DNA from: Candidatus Saccharimonadota bacterium
GTDB lineage: Bacteria; Bacteroidota; Bacteroidia; Cytophagales; Amoebophilaceae
Direction of reading: 5' to 3'
DNA length: 32,000 nucleotides
Assembly: GCF_003351905.1 (NCBI RefSeq)
Contig: NZ_CP022339.1
Span: forward strand, 480,001 to 512,000
Below, in pieces: positions 9,168 through 18,131 of the stretch. The translations under genes and the position numbers were made by a program. The first letter of the stretch is position 1. Every line of letters begins with the position of its first letter. Below the pieces are notes generated by a model. The model was not told the DNA's origin. It saw nothing but the letters and a program-made list of their open reading frames with translations, and did not search any database.

Positions 9168-9200
9168 TGGGCGTTTCTCTGTTTTAATGTATCTTTTCAC

Positions 9201-9281
9201 ATTACTGGTTAATGGATGCATTTTATTCCACTTTTTTCTTGATAAAAAAGTGGACAAAAAACCACTGCGCTGAATACATAC
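9201..9281 (+). repeat. Copy A of the intergenic A/T-hairpin repeat (short form)
   Basis: attactggttaatggatgcattttattCCACTTTTTTcttgatAAAAAAGTGGacaaaaaaccactgcgctgaatacatac. There is a perfect 10-bp stem (9228-9237 / 9244-9253). Both flanks recur at 15758-15816 and 15977-16002. It lies between convergent genes. Confidence 0.7.
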
Positions 9282-9348
9282 GTTTTAATGTAGTAAACTA
9301 AACGCCCCACCAGCTGAACCGATGAGTAAGCGTTGGATGGTTGCATCC

Positions 9349-10899
9349 TTAGGGATGTGTTGTTGCTATATCCGAAATGTATTGTACGTTACCTAAACGT
9401 ATATCAAGTTGGTTGGCCAGCTTTAAAATAAGGGGTATTACATTATTCTTACACGCATGTTCTATACTGCTTTCCGTGGTATCCAAATGGAAGGTAAACA
9501 TAATGACCAATCCGTTCTGGTTCATTTTATCTAGGTAGATGTTTGTTCTTTCTGGTTGTACCAATGGTTGTGATTCGGCAATGGTACGTAATCCCTTTAT
9601 AAACCTTGGTAACACTTCTAAAGAGATCGTATAATTTAGTGGTACTTCTAAAGAGACCATGCGCGAAGTTCTTTTCCCAAAGTTATCAATATAGGCATCC
9701 GCTAATTTTGCATTGGGGATGTACACTAAAGAACCTTCTTTTGTACGTAATAAGGTAGAACGTAAACCCACTTCTTCTACTTTGCCGCGGATGCCTCCAG
9801 AAACAATCTCATCCCCTACACTAAAAGGCCGATCCATCGTAATCATCAATGATCCAAATAGATTCTTAATGGTATCTTGACAAGCCAAACCCAGACCCAG
9901 TGTACTAAAAGAAAGTGCCTTCACTAAAGAGCCTGTTGCAAATCCAAGGTTGTCAATCGTTTGTACCAAACCCACAATCCCTACGATAATTTTAGCCGTT
10001 ATGCTAAAAAGAGGCAATATATGGATCATAAATTTATTGTGTTTCTTAGCAATTTTGATTCTATATTGCATTAAATTAACACATTCATACGCCAAACACA
10101 TCCATAAAAAGGAAGTGGTGGCCTCTATGACCCGATTGATAAAAGAGGTTAAGGATTCAGACTGGAACATCGTTAAGCCACTTTTTAAGAAGTAGATGCT
10201 AATCACCAGCATGAGTAACCGCTCTATAGCAAATGATTTTTTACTACCTATAAACTTATATACCATAAGTTTTAAAAAGTAGGGCATAATTTTATAGGTC
10301 AGCCAAATAATAATGGCCAAACCGATCAACATGATATATTGCCAAATGGTAAGGTTTAATATCTGTTTTTTACAAAATGCTTCGGGTAAAAAGTGATACA
10401 AAATCGTGTGTAAGCGATCCGCTACTTCATATTCCCTTATAAAATCTAGTGTTTCTTTACTGTAACGCCATTGTTCACCCTCTTTGATTAAGTAAACTTT
10501 TGGTAGCTTTTTAGATAAAATAAATCTATTTTCATTTATCGTTGGATCCATATAGTTCGGATCTTTCGGTATGGTTTCAATATTGATACCCTTAAGCGTT
10601 AGTAACCTTTTTAACTTAATCGCCATTTCTTTGCTTTGTTGGGTTTCGCCATGTGGAAATACAATCCCTACATGCGCAGCAGCTTTATTGCCCGGATTTA
10701 AAAGCATAAAATGGGTATATACGGTATCATATGGGGAGCTTAAATTTACTTTAGGATCATTTACGCGCTTATTATTGGCTTGTAAGGTAACCGGTGCGAG
10801 CATGTAGCTAAATGCCAAGCAAACAAGGTATGGTACCTGCTTGATCCGTACAAAATAGGGGGTCATTTTGTTTATACAAAATCGATAGAGGCTATTCAT
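9349..10899 (-). CDS. Mechanosensitive ion channel (MscS family) with an N-terminal signal/periplasmic extension
   Basis: 516 aa with TM helices, followed by the MscS core pattern NLFGSLMITMDRPFSVGDEIVSGGIRGKVEEVGLRSTLLRTKEGSLVYIPNAKL. Confidence 0.8.
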   Translation of the reverse strand: MNSLYRFCINKMTPYFVRIKQVPYLVCLAFSYMLAPVTLQANNKRVNDPKVNLSSPYDTVYTHFMLLNPGNKAAAHVGIVFPHGETQQSKEMAIKLKRLLTLKGINIETIPKDPNYMDPTINENRFILSKKLPKVYLIKEGEQWRYSKETLDFIREYEVADRLHTILYHFLPEAFCKKQILNLTIWQYIMLIGLAIIIWLTYKIMPYFLKLMVYKFIGSKKSFAIERLLMLVISIYFLKSGLTMFQSESLTSFINRVIEATTSFLWMCLAYECVNLMQYRIKIAKKHNKFMIHILPLFSITAKIIVGIVGLVQTIDNLGFATGSLVKALSFSTLGLGLACQDTIKNLFGSLMITMDRPFSVGDEIVSGGIRGKVEEVGLRSTLLRTKEGSLVYIPNAKLADAYIDNFGKRTSRMVSLEVPLNYTISLEVLPRFIKGLRTIAESQPLVQPERTNIYLDKMNQNGLVIMFTFHLDTTESSIEHACKNNVIPLILKLANQLDIRLGNVQYISDIATTHP

Positions 10900-11117
10900 A
10901 GGTATACATATTTAATGTTAATTGGATATAGATTATTTGCCCGCTAAATTAAGCTATATCTTGCGTTTTGCACAAAAGATGGGTGTTTAAAATTTTGGAA
11001 ATCACAATTATGGCCATTAATTTTTTATCCTTTATCCTTTTTGCAGATTGGTAGGTGCGGGTGCTCTTCTTACGGAACGCTATATGGGGCTATTCAGGTT
11101 TCACCTGATGAAATTGC

Positions 11118-13976
11118 TTGAGCAATATGATAGATAAAATGGATAGACAACAGGCTAATCACGTTTTGCAAGATCGTTATGGTTTTGATTATGTGGAAGT
11201 GTTAGGAGCAAGGACCCACAATTTAAAAAATATTGATGTAGTTTTCCCACGCAATCAATTGGTTATCATTACAGGTGTCAGTGGCAGTGGGAAATCATCT
11301 TTGGCTTTTGATACCATCAATGCAGAGGGGCAAAGGCGGTATAGAGAAAGTTTTAGTGCCTATGCACGGGGATTTTTAGGTAGTTTAACCAGACCGGAAG
11401 TAGATAAAATCAATGGATTAAGTCCGGTTATTGCCATTGAGCAGAAAACAACCAATCGCAATATACGTTCTACGGTCGGGACTACTACAGAAATCTATGA
11501 TTTTATGCGTTTGCTTTTTGCACGCGTAGCAGATGCCTATGCCCACACTACAGGTAATAGAATGGTCACACAGGATGAGGAACAGATTCTTGCCCATCTA
11601 TTACGTGCTTTCTCTAAGCAAAGGGTTACCCTCATGGCGCCTGTTATTAGAGGTAGAAAAGGCCATCATGAAGCACTACTCAAACGTATTATGAAACTCG
11701 GTTTCAATAAGGTTAGAGTGAATGGCACCATTATAGAATTGACCGATAGCTTAAAGCTGGCCCGCCATAAAAAACATGATGTTGCCTTGATTATAGATCA
11801 TGTTTTAATAGACCTAAAAGCATTGGATCGTATTAAAAACGCACTACAATTGGCGCTACAATATGGAAAAGGGACCCTATTAGTAGTAGATCCTGCGCAA
11901 AAAGATTACTATTTTTCCACCCATTTAATGGATGAAGAGACAGGGCTTGCCTATGATGCACCAGAACCAAGCCTTTTTTCTTTTAATACGCCTTATGGCG
12001 CTTGTCCCATCTGCGACGGATTAGGTGAAATTACCCATGTAGACATAGATACGGTTATTCCAGATAAAAGTATAAGCATTAAAAATGGGGCCATTTTACC
12101 ATTAGGGCCCTATAAGACATCATTATTGTTTAAAAAAATAGAAGCCTTATTAAGGTTTTTCCAATGCAAAATAACCGATCCAGTTGAAATACTACCTCCA
12201 GCTGTATTGAACTTGTTGTTATTTGGCAATGTTATACCTTATCGTTCTGTGCTTATTGCCGATTGCGTCGAGCCCTTTGAGGGCATTATCGCTGTGCTCA
12301 TCAAACAACAAGAACGAGAGATGGCTGCACGAAATGGTAGTATAGAAGAGGGGTTTGTTTACACAACTATATGTCCAGATTGCCAAGGTACTAGATTAAA
12401 CCCAATAGCTAGGTCTTTTAAGATTCAAGACAAAAGTATTACGGATTTGGTCGCAATGGACTTAGATGCACTCAAACAATGGTTTGCTACCTTATCCACT
12501 TTATTAACAGAAAAACAGCAAATCATTGCCCATGAGATTATAAAAGAAATTGCCAAAAGACTACAATTTTTAATTGATGTTGGCTTGCATTACCTACATC
12601 TTAATAGAAGTATAAGTAGCTTATCCGGCGGGGAAGCACAACGTATTAGGCTGGCTACACAAATAGGTACCCAGCTACTGGGTGTCCTTTACATTCTTGA
12701 TGAACCAAGTATTGGCTTGCATCAACGCGATAATAGCCGTTTGATTGGTGCCTTAAAAGCGCTTAGAGATATCGGTAATACAATATTGGTCGTAGAGCAT
12801 GATAAAGAAATCATGTTGGCAGCAGACTATCTGATTGAAATAGGACCGCAGGCTGGTCTTTATGGGGGAGAAGTAGTTGCAGCAGGTCCCTTAAACGCGT
12901 TTTTGGCACAACCCAGCGCTACAGCTGCATTTTTAACCGATAAAAGGCATGAGCGGTTCAATCGCAAACCAGGAAATGGTAAAACCCTAACCATTAGCGG
13001 CTGTAGGGGCAATAATTTAAAAAATGTAACCTTAACCCTTCCATTGGGTCTAATGATTTGTGTAACAGGGGTATCAGGAAGTGGTAAGTCTTCGCTGATT
13101 CGTAAAACCCTCTTGCCTATTCTTAAAAAACACCTTTATAACAGCCGCATCATTGCCCTACCCTATACAGAAGCACTTGGCTTAACACACATCAATAAGG
13201 TGATAGAGGTCAGTCAATTACCTATAGGCAGAACCCCTCGCTCTAACCCTAGTACCTATACCGGTATGTTTACAGATATACGTAGCTTTTTTTCGATTTT
13301 GCCAGAGGCTAAAATTAGAGGCTATAAGCCAGGTCGATTCTCTTTTAATCTAAAAGAAGGCCGGTGTAATACTTGTGAGGGCGCTGGTATTCAACGCATC
13401 GAAATGGGTTTTCTGCCAGAGGTATATGTAACGTGTGATAACTGTAAAGGCAAACGATATAGCCGTGAAACATTAGAGATACAATATAAAGGCAAATCTA
13501 TTGCGGATGTCTTAGATATGACCGTATCCAATGCGATTCCTTTTTTTGAAAGCCATCCATCTATATTGGCTAAACTCCGTACCTTAGAACAAGTAGGCCT
13601 AGGGTACATTACCCTGGGGCAACATGCCACTACCTTATCAGGTGGAGAAGCACAGCGGGTCAAGTTGGCCACAGAGTTGGCCAAAAAGAGTACGGGAGAT
13701 ACCCTGTATATCTTAGATGAACCCAGTACTGGCCTGCACTTTCAAGATATTCTAGCGCTATTATCTGTGTTAAAAAAGTTAGTCGACCAAGGCAATACGG
13801 TACTGATTATAGAGCACAATATGGATATTATAAAGGTAGCAGACTATGTGATTGATATTGGTCCAGATGGTGGGCGAGAGGGGGGGTATCTAATTGCACA
13901 AGGTACTCCAGAAGCTGTGGCCAAGGTACCAGAGAGCTATACGGGCCATTGCTTACAAAAAGAATTATATTTGTAA
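11118..13976 (+). CDS. uvrA: Excinuclease ABC subunit A
   Basis: 952 aa with two ABC modules: Walker A GVSGSGKSS twice, signature LSGGEAQR twice, and Walker B ILDEPS twice. Zinc-finger cysteines are present (CPICDGLG; CNTCEGAG...CDNCKGKR). The start is uncertain (TTG 11118 versus ATG 11127 or 11139). Confidence 0.95.
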   Translation: MSNMIDKMDRQQANHVLQDRYGFDYVEVLGARTHNLKNIDVVFPRNQLVIITGVSGSGKSSLAFDTINAEGQRRYRESFSAYARGFLGSLTRPEVDKINGLSPVIAIEQKTTNRNIRSTVGTTTEIYDFMRLLFARVADAYAHTTGNRMVTQDEEQILAHLLRAFSKQRVTLMAPVIRGRKGHHEALLKRIMKLGFNKVRVNGTIIELTDSLKLARHKKHDVALIIDHVLIDLKALDRIKNALQLALQYGKGTLLVVDPAQKDYYFSTHLMDEETGLAYDAPEPSLFSFNTPYGACPICDGLGEITHVDIDTVIPDKSISIKNGAILPLGPYKTSLLFKKIEALLRFFQCKITDPVEILPPAVLNLLLFGNVIPYRSVLIADCVEPFEGIIAVLIKQQEREMAARNGSIEEGFVYTTICPDCQGTRLNPIARSFKIQDKSITDLVAMDLDALKQWFATLSTLLTEKQQIIAHEIIKEIAKRLQFLIDVGLHYLHLNRSISSLSGGEAQRIRLATQIGTQLLGVLYILDEPSIGLHQRDNSRLIGALKALRDIGNTILVVEHDKEIMLAADYLIEIGPQAGLYGGEVVAAGPLNAFLAQPSATAAFLTDKRHERFNRKPGNGKTLTISGCRGNNLKNVTLTLPLGLMICVTGVSGSGKSSLIRKTLLPILKKHLYNSRIIALPYTEALGLTHINKVIEVSQLPIGRTPRSNPSTYTGMFTDIRSFFSILPEAKIRGYKPGRFSFNLKEGRCNTCEGAGIQRIEMGFLPEVYVTCDNCKGKRYSRETLEIQYKGKSIADVLDMTVSNAIPFFESHPSILAKLRTLEQVGLGYITLGQHATTLSGGEAQRVKLATELAKKSTGDTLYILDEPSTGLHFQDILALLSVLKKLVDQGNTVLIIEHNMDIIKVADYVIDIGPDGGREGGYLIAQGTPEAVAKVPESYTGHCLQKELYL

Positions 13977-14147
13977 AATATCGGCACCAAGGAGTCGGAT
14001 GTACTTTTTTGTTCACCTCTGTGCTGCATGACAGGCTATGGTTCTGTCGTGCTATCTGTCTACTTTTTTGTAACAAGTCCGCGCTATGGGTGGCTCATGT
14101 AAAACTATTTTCAGCATGGTGTTCTTTTGTTATTAAATACAGTTGCA

Positions 14148-14819
14148 ATGCGTTATTTATTTCAGGCTATTTGTTTCTATTTTCAAGGTCTTTTCAAGAA
14201 AATTTATCTATACCTTACCCTTGTTATCCTTGGTACTTTGGGCATAATACCGCTCCAGGCAAAATCAAAAAGTAAAGGCAACTTACTTAGTATAGCGCAT
14301 CACCAAGAGACGGTTCCTAGGCAAACAAAGCGCAAGCCAAAGTACATGGTTAAGCCTGGTAAAAGGAAAAGCAGTCAACAGGATGTTTTTGTAAAGGAGC
14401 AAATGAATGAATTGTTTCGGTCTACTATCCAACTCTTCGTATCAACTGGCTTAATTTTTGGCTTGCATCAGTTATGCAGCAAGCCTTTTGACTTATCTAC
14501 TTTAGTGGCGCCGCTCATAGGCAATCTTGCTGCCGATCCACTTGAAGCTATAGGACGTTCTTCTGCCATGTTGTTTTTTCCATTTTTATCCAAACCTAGA
14601 CTCAATCAAGCAATAGACTTAAAAAGGCAGTATGCAGCAAGGAAGCACACGTTTTCGGCAACTATGCAGAGTTTTATAGAACAGACCTTAAATCGGCATA
14701 TCTGGGCTATACAACGATTTGACTATTGTAACGATAAATATGTAGAAGTAATCCAAGAGGTATTGCAATTTCCTATAGGACCTAAGCAAATTGTGCCTAA
14801 TACAGTGGTTATAAACTAA
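14148..14819 (+). CDS. Fragment 1 of the disrupted AAA+ gene: N-terminal signal-anchor/TM region, no recognisable domain
   Basis: The ORF has a hydrophobic N-terminus (MRYLFQAICFYFQGLFKKIYLYLTLVILGTLGIIPLQA), a basic stretch and one more hydrophobic helix. The ATG at 14148 is preferred over the TTG at 14127. Confidence 0.5.
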   Translation: MRYLFQAICFYFQGLFKKIYLYLTLVILGTLGIIPLQAKSKSKGNLLSIAHHQETVPRQTKRKPKYMVKPGKRKSSQQDVFVKEQMNELFRSTIQLFVSTGLIFGLHQLCSKPFDLSTLVAPLIGNLAADPLEAIGRSSAMLFFPFLSKPRLNQAIDLKRQYAARKHTFSATMQSFIEQTLNRHIWAIQRFDYCNDKYVEVIQEVLQFPIGPKQIVPNTVVIN

Positions 14820-14822
14820 TTT

Positions 14823-15158
14823 ATGCGCAACTATCCAGAAGCGGTTCGTCTGGCTATTGGTGCATTTGTTGCCACTATAGTTGAGGATGCCAAAAGCAGT
14901 CTATTAACTAAAAAAGCAACCCCGATTATGTTTGTAGGGCCACCTGGAACTGGCAAAACCTATTTGGCCAAGCAATTGGCCAGCTTGTTGCAGCTACCTG
15001 TGCAATGTATGGATATATCTAGGTATAAGCGCGTACATGGCACTGGATTTGATTCCTCTAATCCTGAAAAAGGAGTCATAGCAGAAGCACTGATAGGCGC
15101 GTCTAGTCAAGCACAGAACTGGTCTAATAAAATACTCGTATTAGATGAAATAGAATAA
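14823..15158 (+). CDS. Fragment 2: AAA+ Walker A / Walker B segment
   Basis: Walker A is FVGPPGTGKTYLAKQLA and Walker B is ILVLDEIE, immediately followed by TAA. Spacing and sequence resemble the Lon AAA+ module. Confidence 0.65.
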   Translation: MRNYPEAVRLAIGAFVATIVEDAKSSLLTKKATPIMFVGPPGTGKTYLAKQLASLLQLPVQCMDISRYKRVHGTGFDSSNPEKGVIAEALIGASSQAQNWSNKILVLDEIE

Positions 15159-15168
15159 AGCCCTAGCC

Positions 15169-15741
15169 ATGGATAACAATGGAAAATTTGTAGCCAGCAA
15201 TGGATCAGACATATATAATCTGTTGCATACCCTTTTAGAAGCACAAGAAGTAGCAGTGCCGTTGTCTCGTTATGACCATGCATGCCCTGATATCTCTCAG
15301 CTAAAAATTGTTTTGATTGCCAATAAAACCTTTACAGAAACCTTGACAGCAGATAAGGCAGCAGCCTTAGAAAGCCGTATAAAAGTCATTCATTTTGATG
15401 AAGGTTTCACCCCTGCAAGGAAGTGCGCGATTGCAACGACTTATGTGGATGAGCTACTGACTAAAAAAGGTATAGATCGATCGCAATTCGATCAAAATGT
15501 AATAGATGCCATTGTAGCAGAAGATAGCCGTATAGGTTTGAAAGGAGTACGTGTTTTGCTTAATGTGATTGATCAATACATAGACCTATTAAAATATCAA
15601 AAGTTGATTCATGAAATTTCAGGTATACAAACGACTACTTTTGATGTAAAACAAGCCTATGCACCTTATCATCTTCAAGCAGGCCCATGCGCTGACTTAA
15701 ATGATACAAAACTGGCTCCTAAAAAAAGCGTGAGCAAATAG
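15169..15741 (+). CDS. Fragment 3: remainder of the AAA+ module (sensor/lid region)
   Basis: LLHTLLEAQE...IVLIANKTFTETL...LESRIKVIHFDEGFT...GLKGVRVLLNVI parallels Lon ALLEVLDPEQN...FIATAN...LLDRMEVI..GYT..AGVRNLER. This reading frame is open from 15154. Confidence 0.6.
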   Translation: MDNNGKFVASNGSDIYNLLHTLLEAQEVAVPLSRYDHACPDISQLKIVLIANKTFTETLTADKAAALESRIKVIHFDEGFTPARKCAIATTYVDELLTKKGIDRSQFDQNVIDAIVAEDSRIGLKGVRVLLNVIDQYIDLLKYQKLIHEISGIQTTTFDVKQAYAPYHLQAGPCADLNDTKLAPKKSVSK

Positions 15742-15757
15742 CGAGTATCTGTTCACG

Positions 15758-16002
15758 ATACTGGTTAATAATGAGTTTTATCCTACTTTTTTCTTGATAA
15801 AAAAGTGGACAAAAAATCAAGCCCTCGGTAAACAGCCGCTGAAAGTGCCATCTTACAGATGGAAAAACAGAAAGCGCCCACTGCGTGGGCTTTAAAGGAA
15901 ACTGTTTTTCCTAATCATCTGTAAAATGCCACTTTCTACACCGCGCCTTTTTAAAGGGGCGTTGTTCTTTGAACGCAAAAAACCACTGCGCTGAACACAT
16001 AC
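15758..16002 (+). repeat. Copy B of the intergenic hairpin repeat (long form, with a 160-nt internal segment absent from copy A)
   Basis: The 5' part atactggttaataatgagttttatcctacttttttcttgataaaaaagtggacaaaaaa and the 3' part aaaaaaccactgcgctgaacacatac match copy A. The extra 160 nt (15817-15976) is bracketed by caaaaaa direct repeats. Confidence 0.7.
15841..15936. repeat. Long imperfect palindrome (~96 nt hairpin), MITE-like or structured-RNA-like
   Basis: gaaagtgccatcttacagatgg (15841-15862) pairs with tcatctgtaaaatgccactttc (15915-15936), 19 of 22 positions. The inner stem ggaaaaacag (15861-15870) pairs perfectly with ctgtttttcc (15902-15911). The apical stem gcccac/gtgggc lies at 15876-15890. 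Confidence 0.6.
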
Positions 16003-16190
16003 AATAGTGATGACCGGTCTCATACAGGCTAGGCCATTGTAGGCATTCTTATCCGTTTGATTCATTTGTTTGCTATGGTTTTAACGCGTAAATTTATTAC
16101 CTATTTTATATTCGTTTACACTACTCTAGTCAAGATTTGGGCCTATTAAGCCATAGGCTGGGCGTGCAGCGGTTTCATTGTATTTTCTAC

Positions 16191-16727
16191 ATGTTGGTTT
16201 CTTTATCGGTTTTTTTTGTCCTATTGAAATACCTCCGAAAAGTTTGCATGCTCTTTGGGTTATTGGGGGTGTTATCTTGTAAAGACTTTAAAAGTTGGGA
16301 AAGTAAATATGGGAATCAGGTAAAAATTGCATTTGCGCCAGCAAAGGACAAACGGGTCCCAGGAGCCTTAGCAGACTTGCAGAGCGAACTGCTTTCGGAA
16401 TTAACTTTTTATAAGTTGTCTCCGCTCCTTACAAAGGATAGTCCACCCTTTTTGCTAAAAGATGGTTTATCTATATCACTTGACCCCAATGCCGATGCAG
16501 TCAGTTTTGAGCTAATAGATGAAAATAGGTGCTACTACTTCCAAGTTACCATTTGCTATGAACGTATGGTCTCCCTGATTTCTACTGAAGCTGGAGGGCT
16601 TCAAGTACAATATACTATTCAGGAGGTGCAATGTAATAAAAAAGATTTCTTCAAGAAAATTACTATAGACGGTCCAGTGCCATTGCAAGCAGAGAAAGAG
16701 AAACCCAATGTTACGTTATATTATTAA
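16191..16727 (+). CDS. Hypothetical protein, probable lipoprotein
   Basis: The ORF has a lipobox-like LGVLSC after a hydrophobic stretch. The start is ambiguous (TTG 16137, ATG 16191, ATG 16248). I recognise no domain. Confidence 0.5.
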   Translation: MLVSLSVFFVLLKYLRKVCMLFGLLGVLSCKDFKSWESKYGNQVKIAFAPAKDKRVPGALADLQSELLSELTFYKLSPLLTKDSPPFLLKDGLSISLDPNADAVSFELIDENRCYYFQVTICYERMVSLISTEAGGLQVQYTIQEVQCNKKDFFKKITIDGPVPLQAEKEKPNVTLYY

Positions 16728-17463
16728 GTCAATAGGTTATATGGTGTTGTCTGTTGTGCTCCCTCAGTGTGTAGTGGCCAATGTCCAACTATCCAACCAT
16801 AGGATTTGGCCTACTACTTGGTACCTTGGCATAGATGTAGCCAAAACTTGTGTGGGTTGGTACCAAAAAACAGGCCCTGCCTATGAAATACATAGTTCTA
16901 TTGATTTTTATCCCATCTTATTAGATGTAGACTATGGCTTGGGCCAAATTCAGCGGGATGGCAGGCCACATAATGGCTCCTTTGCATCTGCGCGTGGTCA
17001 ATATTTTAGGGTAGGCTTAGGGTATAATTTTTTAACACCTACTGCCCATCACAATCAATTTTTTATAGGATTACGTTATGCTAGAAGTTTTTTTGATTTT
17101 CAACTAAAAAGTAATAAGTTACAATGCAACCACCCGTCCAATAAAGCTTGTTCGCCTCAACGATGTATAGCACCTATAGCTTTGCGACATAGCAAAGATG
17201 CTGCAATAGTGCATTGGTGGGAGGTGGTGGCAGGCGGAAAGGTATACCTGATGCGTGCCCTATCTATCGGTTGTACGGTGCGTTATAAGTTCAGCAAAAA
17301 AATAGAAAATAAGTTATGTGCTTTGCCATTTGATATCCCAGGTTTTGGTTTAGCAGAATTTGACCATGCTTTTGGTTATAGTTTGTATGTTTTGTTGCGT
17401 ATTCCACTGCAGCAGAACAAGCAGCCTTCTGGCGGGAATGTTGCGCAAAAAAGCGTAAGTTAA
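16708..17463 (+). CDS. Hypothetical protein, possible outer-membrane beta-barrel
   Basis: 251 aa with an N-terminal signal-like segment and alternating aromatic/hydrophobic strands (YFRVGLGYNF, FFIGLRYARSFFDF, FGYSLYVLLRIPL). It overlaps the upstream ORF by 20 nt, which suggests translational coupling. Confidence 0.45.
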   Translation: MLRYIIKSIGYMVLSVVLPQCVVANVQLSNHRIWPTTWYLGIDVAKTCVGWYQKTGPAYEIHSSIDFYPILLDVDYGLGQIQRDGRPHNGSFASARGQYFRVGLGYNFLTPTAHHNQFFIGLRYARSFFDFQLKSNKLQCNHPSNKACSPQRCIAPIALRHSKDAAIVHWWEVVAGGKVYLMRALSIGCTVRYKFSKKIENKLCALPFDIPGFGLAEFDHAFGYSLYVLLRIPLQQNKQPSGGNVAQKSVS

Positions 17464-17507
17464 GTCTATTTTAATCTTGTAAACCGTATATGACACATTA
17501 TAGTAGC

Positions 17508-18119
17508 ATGAAACGATATGTAAAATACCTTTTAGTATTGTTTCTGGTAATCTTTGCAGATCAAGGATGCAAACTTTGGGTCCATAACCATATGGAATTA
17601 GGGCCAGATTACCATATAAAAATATTAGGAAACCTATTTAAGTTGACCTATGTGCTAAACTATGGCATGGCTTTTGGGTTACAATTTGGTTTTAAGTATG
17701 GAAAGTTGCTGATTACCTGTGTGCGTCTTTTTGCTTCGCTCTATATTATGCTTTATATCGTTCGGTCATTGGCTCAGTCAACCCCTACTGTATGGATTTG
17801 GGGCTGGGTCCTGCTTTTAGGAGGTGCTATTGGCAATACCATAGATAGTATTTTTTATGGTGTTTATTTAAATAATGCACCTGATATAGCGCCTATGCAA
17901 TGGTTCCATGGGCAAGTCATTGATATGCTCCATCTTGATTTTTGGTCTGGTGTACTGCCCCACTGGGTACCTATTTGTGGAGGGCAAGAGATCGGTCTGT
18001 TGCCTATTTTCAATATAGCAGATCTGGCTATTTTTCTCGGACTATTGTTGATGTTTTGTTCTTTTCATGCATTGGTACCATCGAACAAAAAAAGTCAAGT
18101 AACGGATTATACCGTATAA
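17508..18119 (+). CDS. lspA: Lipoprotein signal peptidase (signal peptidase II), copy 1
   Basis: LspA pattern ADQ..K, LNYGMAFG, GGAIGNTIDS and PIFNIAD, so both catalytic Asp contexts are present. The track start is 17490. The ATG at 17508 aligns with the start of copy 2 and gives an exact 624-nt offset. Confidence 0.85.
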   Translation: MKRYVKYLLVLFLVIFADQGCKLWVHNHMELGPDYHIKILGNLFKLTYVLNYGMAFGLQFGFKYGKLLITCVRLFASLYIMLYIVRSLAQSTPTVWIWGWVLLLGGAIGNTIDSIFYGVYLNNAPDIAPMQWFHGQVIDMLHLDFWSGVLPHWVPICGGQEIGLLPIFNIADLAIFLGLLLMFCSFHALVPSNKKSQVTDYTV

Positions 18120-18131
18120 AAGTTTATATAT

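Larger units (their letters stand above)
14148..15741 (+). pseudogene. Disrupted gene for a membrane-anchored Lon-like AAA+ ATPase lacking a protease domain, broken by one in-frame TAA and one 1-nt frameshift
   Basis: Three collinear ORFs. 14127/14148-14819 and 14823-15158 are in the same frame, separated only by TAA at 14817-14819. Lon-like similarity spans the stop (..IN*FMRNYPEAVRLAIGAF.. resembles LDEDHYGLEKVKERILEYL). Removing T15156 joins ..ILVLDEIE to KALAMDNNGKF.., restoring a LDEIEK Walker-B context. Confidence 0.6.

Noticed and set aside
15150-15162. Programmed +1 frameshift at GAA-TAA-A joining AAA+ fragments 2 and 3. A 0-frame stop at the shift site is reminiscent of prfB.
   Set aside because: tRNA-Glu cannot re-pair in the +1 frame (GAA to AAT), and no stimulatory element is evident. 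The same gene also has an independent in-frame TAA at 14817, which would need readthrough. A pseudogene is more parsimonious.
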